DNA from: a virus
Taxonomy: Duplodnaviria; Caudoviricetes
Length of the DNA stretch: 52,549 nucleotides
IMG/VR virus record: IMGVR_UViG_3300037461_000955
Span: 1 to 52,549 of that record
Direction: 5' to 3' (one strand)
Shown here: one piece after another, positions 45,962 through 52,549 of the stretch
Layout of the letters: every line of letters begins with the position of its first letter
How positions within the stretch are numbered: the first letter of the stretch is position 1
The notes under the pieces: model-generated
What the model saw: only the letters and a program-made list of their open reading frames with translations
Told to the model about the DNA's origin: nothing
Database searches by the model: none
Made by a program: the position numbers and the translations under genes

Positions 45962-46911
45962 ATAGTCGCCCCCTGTGTGTCGTAATACATCATCAGTCCT
46001 ACAACCTCTTGTGGCAATGAATCCAGTCCCTGTGACTGTAGAAGGCCGATACAATGATTGAACTGGTCTCCATCAATGTCTCCGCTGGAATACATGCATC
46101 GCAACAGGTAGACCTGGTAATCCAGTTGGTGGTTTTCTACATATTCTAACTGTTTACTCTCGGTGCTTTTTATATCACTGCTTTCAATTTTGTCTTCTGC
46201 TGGTTTTGCTGGTTTTGCTTCTTTAATTGTTTTTTCAATTTTTTCTTCTGCTTTTTTGTTAGCTTTTTTAGTTTGCTCCGCGCTTTTTGGCGGGTTGCAT
46301 AGAAAAAACCGGTTTTCTTTCATTGGTTGATCTGGGTTCCAATCATAATTGTATTCATCCCACAGGCCATATGCGCCGTTGTAGGTGTTTTTGGCATAGG
46401 CGAATTCGCTGACGTTTTCGGTAAACTCCTTGTCCCATGCATCGTGCATTGGTCCCGCTTCTGCCCAATCCACCTCAACAGGCACTTCAGATTCCATGTA
46501 ATGCTTGCTTTGGCCGATTTGAGTGCGGAGCCGGCAATAAAACTGCCCATTTTTGGGCAGTATCAACATTACCGCCCAGTCGGATTTGCCGAAATTGGTC
46601 TTGAAAGTGGTTTCATCTGTGCCGGACGGTCCTGCAACGCCCTGTGGATGAGTGTGAATCCAGATGCGGAGGAATTGATTCATCTGAAGACCTTGTTTGC
46701 AAAGGTTGGCAGCTAAGTCATTTACGCCGTCGTCATCGAATTCCGTTGACGACATACTGACTTTCTGTTTTGGTACAATAATATCTTTGACATAAAGAGG
46801 CGAATCTAAGTCTGTAATCCCCAGACAGCCGACTTCGTTTTTGGTTCTTTCATTGAGCCACATCAATTTACAGTAAGCATAAGGCGATAGGCATAAACTG
46901 ATTTTTTTCAT
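45958..46911 (-). CDS. JAB/MPN+ metallo-isopeptidase
   Basis: NEVG (E), IWIHTHP...PSGTD = HxH-x7-S-x2-D. Confidence 0.88.
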   Translation of the reverse strand: MKKISLCLSPYAYCKLMWLNERTKNEVGCLGITDLDSPLYVKDIIVPKQKVSMSSTEFDDDGVNDLAANLCKQGLQMNQFLRIWIHTHPQGVAGPSGTDETTFKTNFGKSDWAVMLILPKNGQFYCRLRTQIGQSKHYMESEVPVEVDWAEAGPMHDAWDKEFTENVSEFAYAKNTYNGAYGLWDEYNYDWNPDQPMKENRFFLCNPPKSAEQTKKANKKAEEKIEKTIKEAKPAKPAEDKIESSDIKSTESKQLEYVENHQLDYQVYLLRCMYSSGDIDGDQFNHCIGLLQSQGLDSLPQEVVGLMMYYDTQGATI

Positions 46912-46922
46912 GGTAATCCTTT

Positions 46923-48077
46923 CTATTCCGCGCAGTGGCGGCATATAATAGTGTTATTTGCCAGGTCAATGTCAATACACTCTAGGCATGTTATGTTTCC
47001 GCAGGGACAGGTTATGTGCTGGTGCGTGCTTTTTCCGCATACCGAGCAGGTTTTGATGCAATCGTAACACGTGCCCTGTTCGGTTAAGCAATACCGACAA
47101 ACACGCTTTCCACAGATTGTGCAATATGTAAGATGGTTTTCTGGTGTTTGTGCACCACATCGCTCGCATTCCTTTATGCAATCTATGCAATAAGGATTGT
47201 CTGTGGTTGTTGATCGGGCATCGAATGTTATGTAAATTGCATGGTCTTCGCATACAAATTTACCACATCGTACGCATGTCTGTCGTGTTATTCTGCCACA
47301 AAAGCATTTAGCCGGCAGCCAGTTTTCCAGCTTGATGTATGGATTGGTTCCATAATTTGACAAGATATCTTCGGTCAAGCAAAACGCACCAACAAATGCG
47401 CCCTGCTGGAGCTGCTTGGTTACAAATGCGGCATGGTCTCCAAAGCACAGTCTGTTGCTGCTGACGTGCGGATGAAAAGTGTAGTGTGTTTTGTCGTACA
47501 CTTCTTTACCGTCTGGTCTGATTTTGATGTTTTCACAGCTTGGTGAATTGCACATATCGTACTCAATAATCATTCTCCCAAGGGATATATCCGTGTCAGT
47601 GGTTGGTTCCCGCAGAACGATTTCATTGGTTCTATGTCTAATCAAGCAGGCGAGAAGGTTGTTATTTGCAGAACTGTCATTTCTGCATTTTATAGAACGC
47701 GGTATTACCTCTAAGGATGCGCCTCGATTCAGCAGCCTGAAAATGTCTTTGTAGATTAAAGTTTCTGGCCTGACGCCTGTCTGTGCAGCGCATGCCGTGA
47801 CTTGTATACGGGTTTGGATATTCTGGATTTGTTTGTGACACGCTGAATACAAGTTAGCTATATCGCCTTTTAATTCAAGCAGGTTAGCTTCTCGGATTGG
47901 TTTTTGTATCAGTGTTCGCAGCAGAGTTCCTTTGAATTGACGGGCTTGCTGGTTAAATACGGCCAACATTTGTTTTAAGCCTGTGTCCTCTGTTACCGGC
48001 TTAATCCAATATCTTTGCAATACGCGCCGGAGAAGACTCATATTATGTCTTACATTGTCTTTTGTGATTAATGGCAT
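46923..48077 (-). CDS. Prokaryotic E2-like conjugating protein fused to a multi-zinc-finger tail
   Basis: FHPHVSSNRLCFGD resembles the UBC HPN(V/I)...C motif; about 10 CxxC/CxxH pairs at the C-terminus. Confidence 0.7.
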   Translation of the reverse strand: MPLITKDNVRHNMSLLRRVLQRYWIKPVTEDTGLKQMLAVFNQQARQFKGTLLRTLIQKPIREANLLELKGDIANLYSACHKQIQNIQTRIQVTACAAQTGVRPETLIYKDIFRLLNRGASLEVIPRSIKCRNDSSANNNLLACLIRHRTNEIVLREPTTDTDISLGRMIIEYDMCNSPSCENIKIRPDGKEVYDKTHYTFHPHVSSNRLCFGDHAAFVTKQLQQGAFVGAFCLTEDILSNYGTNPYIKLENWLPAKCFCGRITRQTCVRCGKFVCEDHAIYITFDARSTTTDNPYCIDCIKECERCGAQTPENHLTYCTICGKRVCRYCLTEQGTCYDCIKTCSVCGKSTHQHITCPCGNITCLECIDIDLANNTIICRHCAE

Positions 48078-48181
48078 ATGATTTCCTTTCTGGATTGTCC
48101 CAATTTAAGAACCAGGAAGCCGCAGTCCCCGCACCTTTTTTTGGCGAGTGCAAGGGACTGGGCTTGGGTGACGTGACGGCT

Positions 48182-48412
48182 TTACTTCTGGTTGCCGACT
48201 GTCTTGACCGGAGTGACCAGCACTTGGTCGCCGTCGTTCAGTTCAGTGTCATGGCGGGCAACCATATCGCTGTTGAGGCGGATACGGTAATCTTCGCTGC
48301 GGAATCCCTGGATGTTGTATTGGAGGAATTCTCCGAGCGTGGTGCCTTCGTCACAAGGAATGGTTCTGGAAAAACCGCCACCGTGATTGTTTACAAATTC
48401 GATGTTCAACAT
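48182..48412 (-). CDS. Ubiquitin-like (MoaD/ThiS beta-grasp) protein
   Basis: 76 aa; EGTTLGEF...IRLN...ELNDGDQVLVTPVKTVG-NQK. Confidence 0.8.
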   Translation of the reverse strand: MLNIEFVNNHGGGFSRTIPCDEGTTLGEFLQYNIQGFRSEDYRIRLNSDMVARHDTELNDGDQVLVTPVKTVGNQK

Positions 48413-48471
48413 TGAATGCTTCCCTTTCTATATAGGGTGTTAAATGGTATTGATGCCGGGACGCTCCCAGG

Positions 48472-48798
48472 CTATCTGTTAAGTCTTTTAAGGTACATTT
48501 GTACTTGTGGGATTTGCGGAAATAGTTCTTTTTCTTCTGTTTCCAGGATTAAATATTTCGCCAACGCAGCGTTATCAGTTAACTTTCTTAGTGCTTCCAT
48601 GCCGCCGTTTTTAAGGTGCGGGTATGTTTGTATATCGCGAAGTCGGTAGTAGCCGCTGCTCCACTCTGACGACAAGTCGCTTCTGGTAAATCCAAGGGAT
48701 GCCAGAAATTCATGGAGTTCTTTTTTTTCATTATAATTATTGAATTTTATTGCTACCCACTGTATAGGTGATTGGGTACAGGCAGAATTGTTTGGCAT
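48472..48798 (-). CDS. Hypothetical early protein
   Basis: ORF with GAAGGG RBS. Confidence 0.55.
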   Translation of the reverse strand: MPNNSACTQSPIQWVAIKFNNYNEKKELHEFLASLGFTRSDLSSEWSSGYYRLRDIQTYPHLKNGGMEALRKLTDNAALAKYLILETEEKELFPQIPQVQMYLKRLNR

Positions 48799-48890
48799 AT
48801 GTTTTCCCTTCTATCATGTTTACCGCGCTCTGTATTCAAAAAGCCGGAACCCATTTAAGCATTCCGGCTTTCGGAGGAGGTGATGGTTTT

Positions 48891-49250
48891 TTATTCTATG
48901 TGCATTGTTTCCCTGGCTTGGTAAGGGAATAGAGACATTGCTCTTTCTAAAATAGTTTTTATGGCCCATTTGGCTTTGTCACGGTTCGTTGTGTAATGGT
49001 CTGGCAGTCTATCCCCGAATCGACGTTGTGCCACCCAGCACAAGTCTTCAGCCAGTTCTTCCGCTGTATTGTTTATTATTGCACAGTTTCCTTTTCGGAA
49101 GTCATCATCGGGCATTGTCCTGAGTCCGGTATGTGAGGTACGCGTACCATCTTCTTTGATGTATTGGCATATTATAATGAGCCTTCCGATCATTATCCCA
49201 TCATAGACTTTGTTACATGTGTCTTTAAATCGTACAAAGTAGAATTTCAT
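48891..49250 (-). CDS. Hypothetical early protein
   Basis: ORF with GAAAGGAA RBS, followed by a terminator-like hairpin at about 48838-48871. Confidence 0.55.
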   Translation of the reverse strand: MKFYFVRFKDTCNKVYDGIMIGRLIIICQYIKEDGTRTSHTGLRTMPDDDFRKGNCAIINNTAEELAEDLCWVAQRRFGDRLPDHYTTNRDKAKWAIKTILERAMSLFPYQARETMHIE

Positions 49251-49503
49251 ATCTGTTTCCTTTCTTATTCGCCAAATATTGCGATATATCTGTTAGGTTT
49301 GGCTCTTATTCGCCAGGCATTGCGATATATTTACTGGTTTTCTTTGGATATACTTTCCATAATCAGGACATCTCCTAATACAAGGCGTCTGCGCTGCAAT
49401 GGACCTCCATTAAGCTGGAGGGGCTTGGCTCTGAATTTTTTGGCTACTTGGCTTGGTGTAAGTCCGGCCAGTGTGTTTTTAATGTTGATTGTCAGTGTGA
49501 TGC

Positions 49504-49860
49504 TCATAAAGTTCCTTTCCTGATTTTTACCTGTAACGTCTTAACGCCCCATTTCAGGGCTTCCCTGTGTGTATCAAAATACACGTCGAGACGGTTTCCC
49601 TTGATGGCGCCGCCTCTGTCTTTAACCTGGACATTCCCATAGCCAGGTATTTGGACCTCAGTGCCGAATGGAAGGCTTTTATCTGCTGCGACAAACCTGT
49701 CACCCGGCTTGATTTTGTATCCTGAAGCCGTAGTGTAGCCCCAGCCGTATTTGCCGCAACACTTGGTACATGGACAGTAGGCAGTAACCTTCATTGTCCG
49801 TGTTTCGTATTCATTGCATCCAGACATAAAAAATATGGTTGCTAACATAAATATTTGCAT
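49504..49860 (-). CDS. 3D-domain (lytic transglycosylase-like) lipoprotein
   Basis: Lipobox MSGC; VTAYCPC, TASG, VAAD, LPFGT, DRGGAIKGNRLDVYF. Confidence 0.88.
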   Translation of the reverse strand: MQIFMLATIFFMSGCNEYETRTMKVTAYCPCTKCCGKYGWGYTTASGYKIKPGDRFVAADKSLPFGTEVQIPGYGNVQVKDRGGAIKGNRLDVYFDTHREALKWGVKTLQVKIRKGTL

Positions 49861-50039
49861 GGAAAACCTCCGGTAGTATCGTGTGATTGTGTGATTTCCT
49901 GTTTTAAGGTAAAAGGGAGGATATATTCTCTGGCGGGCAGGCCCGTGGCTACGATTGATTTAAGCCCACGTCGCCAGATTGTAGCATAAAAAGCCAGGCG
50001 ACCCAGACCATCCAGGTCGCCTGACCGAAAGGAAGTACG

Positions 50040-50675
50040 TTAGAATTGATAGCTGGGGTCTTTGATGTTCTCTTCCCAGCCATCATATTGTGCTTCGCGG
50101 AAGTCAATGTTTCGAGGCCTGTGTCGCCTTAGCATTATCGCTTTGGCTTCATCCAGCGCTTCCAGGAATTTGGTTATGTTATTATTGTGCTGGATTGTAA
50201 TCCAATCGTTGTCCAGCACATGCCTGACAACATAATCCTTGTCAAACGGGTGATTGATGGGCGAAACAATCCTGATTGCATCCCAAGTGTGAAGGCCATG
50301 ACCGGGTATGCAAATGTCTGCACTGTCATCATTGACAATGCAGTCTGTAATGGACATTGTTTGGGCTATCATCCACATGGGGTCGTATTCCCCCAGTCCC
50401 CTGTGGTCTTCATTTTCCCGCCCAGGCGCTAAGCGGTATCTATCCATGTAAGGCACTTCTACTTTGGTTAGAGTGCCATCTTTGTAGGTGAACAGCCAGT
50501 TTTGGCCGTCCAGTGAAAGTTCCATTCGATTCTCGTCCAGAAGGTACGCCTCTGAAGCAAGAATCGGTATTACTTCTTCTTCCAGGCCTTCTGATTTACA
50601 GATTGCCTGGAAAAACTCTCTGTTTTCAACTTCTGTGGACATATTGTCCAGAAAGTCACTGATTTTTGTAATCAT
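50040..50675 (-). CDS. Hypothetical acidic early protein
   Basis: 211 aa with GAAAGGAAG RBS. Confidence 0.6.
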   Translation of the reverse strand: MITKISDFLDNMSTEVENREFFQAICKSEGLEEEVIPILASEAYLLDENRMELSLDGQNWLFTYKDGTLTKVEVPYMDRYRLAPGRENEDHRGLGEYDPMWMIAQTMSITDCIVNDDSADICIPGHGLHTWDAIRIVSPINHPFDKDYVVRHVLDNDWITIQHNNNITKFLEALDEAKAIMLRRHRPRNIDFREAQYDGWEENIKDPSYQF

Positions 50676-50756
50676 AGTTAATCTTCCTTTCTAAAGATAT
50701 GCAGGCCCCTTTAGAGGGCCAGTCACCCTAAAGAGGCCTGATTGATATGCTTTTGG

Positions 50757-51425
50757 TTACTTGGTTTGTCCAGGAATGATTTTGGACAGACCAAGATTGA
50801 TCATGCTGCCACTGACCCAGCCACTCATGGCATATGTTACGTATTCATGCAACGACTCATCATACGTATCGAGCGTGCCTGTGAATTTGGGCGACGTCGC
50901 TTTAGGCTGATTTTTATTCTCACGCATTTGGCCTTTACCAATAGCTATTTTGTTATTGATAAAGATGGTTTTCCAGGGCCTCTGCGTCTGGAATTTGAGA
51001 TTGAAACCTACCAGTTTCTTCACACCTTTGTCGTCCGTGGTTATGACAGGCCATGCAGACGACTGATGTTGAATACCACCGATAGTAAAGGCGCCTTTGT
51101 ACGGTGCACCTTTGCCACTGTTATCTGGATTGATAAAGAACAAACCGATTTCTAGGCCATCCAGTGTTTTAAGTTTTTCATATGTCGTGACTCTTGTTGC
51201 CGGTTTGGCAGCAGGTGCCTGTGCTGTATCTGCAGGCAACAACGCCTGCAAGACTGCAGCTTCTGTCATTATCATTGGCACCATCCCTGTTGGACAAGCC
51301 ATGTTGTTTTTGTACCACTGGCCCCCGATAAAGGCATAATTGCCTGATGGCAACTGCGAGCCTTCTTTGCCAGTGAAATCGAATGAAAAGCCGTCTGTGA
51401 TTGTGATTTGTTTTTGTGTTGACAT
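50757..51425 (-). CDS. Putative SSB-like protein with a duplicated module
   Basis: Two similar units, KGAPYKGAFTI...SSAW and ATSPKFTGTL...MSGW. Confidence 0.5.
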   Translation of the reverse strand: MSTQKQITITDGFSFDFTGKEGSQLPSGNYAFIGGQWYKNNMACPTGMVPMIMTEAAVLQALLPADTAQAPAAKPATRVTTYEKLKTLDGLEIGLFFINPDNSGKGAPYKGAFTIGGIQHQSSAWPVITTDDKGVKKLVGFNLKFQTQRPWKTIFINNKIAIGKGQMRENKNQPKATSPKFTGTLDTYDESLHEYVTYAMSGWVSGSMINLGLSKIIPGQTK

Positions 51426-51614
51426 TGTTTGTTTCCTTTCTAAAATGTATTTGTTTTTGTGTTGTTGCCCCATCTGGCTGGACCACCCAGTCATTTGGGG
51501 TATTTTTTTTATTTTTCATATTAAATTAACTTATCAAGGCGACCTGCCCTGCGCAAGCAAAGGGCAGTCGCCATATACTCATTTATTTTGTTTCTTCTAA
51601 TATTATTGTTGATA

Positions 51615-51651
51615 AAAACCCGTCCCCGCCAGTTGGGCGCGGGGGCGGGTT
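51615..51651 (-). terminator. Intrinsic terminator
   Basis: ACCCGCCCC...GGGGACGGG followed by TTTTT. Confidence 0.65.
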
Positions 51652-51658
51652 ATATGGT

Positions 51659-51949
51659 TTATATTGTGACTGACGCGTACAATGCCTTGAGACACGGCTC
51701 AAGACAGGCCTGTGAGTGTTCATAGTCCTCAGCCGTTGTGAAGGCTTCGCGGACTTTTGCTTCCAGTTGAGGGCATTGTGCTTTTGCCGCGTCTGCATAT
51801 GCCGGGTATCCATCCAGCAAATACAGCACGTTGACCAATACCATTCCTGCGAACGCCCAATCTTTGGCATTAAGCTTCTTGTAGGCGATGTTTAGGCCGT
51901 CATAGAGACGGCTATCAAAAACATCTTGTGATTCAATTACATTATTCAT
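51659..51949 (-). CDS. Hypothetical early protein
   Basis: ATG behind GAAAGGAAG. Confidence 0.6.
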   Translation of the reverse strand: MNNVIESQDVFDSRLYDGLNIAYKKLNAKDWAFAGMVLVNVLYLLDGYPAYADAAKAQCPQLEAKVREAFTTAEDYEHSQACLEPCLKALYASVTI

Positions 51950-51975
51950 GACTGTCTTCCTTTCAGTAGAGATTG

Positions 51976-52018
51976 ACATTAAAAAGGCCTGGCACCCACA
52001 GTAGATGCCAGGCCATAA
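51976..52018 (-). repeat. Duplicate terminator = unoccupied intron target site
   Basis: 43-bp identity to the rejoined exons (52299-52303 plus 1874-1911). Confidence 0.85.
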
Positions 52019-52052
52019 AGGCTAATTCATAAATCCCCCAACGTGCCCCGAA

Positions 52053-52271
52053 TTAAGCCTTCAGGGTTTCGGCTGCCATGATTGTTTCCAGCATGGGCTT
52101 GATGTCCTGCGGACGGAGACGGATGCCGTAGTTGTGCCAGGCGCCCGTCTTGTCTCTGTAGGACCGGCTAACGGTACAGTTGCCATCATCCCACAAAGCC
52201 AAGGAGAAATCCTTATGAACAGGGTGTTGATACTTCGCAACCGGCTTAGATTTTGCCTGTGTGCTTTCCAT
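52053..52271 (-). CDS. Small putative ssDNA-binding (PC4/whirly-like) protein
   Basis: LALW...TVSRSYRDKTGAW...LRPQDI. Confidence 0.55.
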   Translation of the reverse strand: MESTQAKSKPVAKYQHPVHKDFSLALWDDGNCTVSRSYRDKTGAWHNYGIRLRPQDIKPMLETIMAAETLKA

Positions 52272-52303
52272 AGTGCACTTCCTTTCGTGAAATAGTTTAC
52301 ATT

Positions 52304-52549
52304 ATCGAGTAGGCGGGGGCATTACGGCCCCAGCCTCTCACACCACCCGGCATGCCTGCTCGGCACCAAGGCGGTTTCCTATGGTTTGGCTCTTAATTCC
52401 TGCCATCTTTGGGTTAAACTCACCATCAGATGGTCGGTCAGGAGTACGTCTTCAGAATTCGCCGGGCCGCACCCACACCGTTCGTGCGGGGCAGTGTGAG
52501 TAACGCTCGTACCGCCGCCGTCGAGGGTCAGGGTCTGCTGACTTGTCTG
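52304..52549 (-). mobile_element. 3' part of the internally deleted group IIC intron allele
   Basis: 3' end ...CCTACTCGAT at 52304; 52325-52425 equals 1-101 and 52423-52549 equals 1303-1429. Confidence 0.88.

Noticed and set aside
48078-52300. Integron attC cassette array driven by the tyrosine recombinase
   Set aside because: The hairpins lack consistent RYYYAAC/GTTRRRY ends, and the integrase sits by a tRNA attP with no evident IntI-specific insertion.
52325-52425. Direct terminal repeat of the phage
   Set aside because: The repeat lies inside the intron and is an assembly overlap, not a packaging terminus.

Overview
An apparently complete, circularly permuted genome of a temperate podovirus-like phage (about 51.1 or 52.3 kb, depending on the intron allele). 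Almost all genes are on the minus strand. In transcription order: (i) an early region (2401 down to 1916, wrapping to 52271-48472) of small genes separated by hairpins and interrupted by a class IIC group II intron, seen as a full-length, frameshifted copy (1-1873) and an internally deleted copy at the window end; (ii) a complete ubiquitin-like conjugation cassette, Ubl / E2-like with zinc fingers / JAB peptidase / ThiF-E1 (48412-45072), the most striking feature; (iii) sigma-like factors and a tyrosine integrase (the only clear plus-strand gene) beside a tRNA-Gly 3' fragment (attP); (iv) primase, DnaB, Cas4-like nuclease, Rad52/Sak, NinG, DUF5664, a phosphoesterase and a holin; (v) a second, orphan tRNA-Asp 3' fragment; (vi) a late module with secreted dockerin/BNR proteins, a split large terminase, portal, scaffold, major capsid, tail and ejection proteins, including a 2367-aa protein with an N-terminal thermonuclease domain. 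PEP-CTERM and dockerin-like motifs suggest a Planctomycetota (Phycisphaerae-like) host (inference). All product calls come from motif recognition by eye; no database searches were run.
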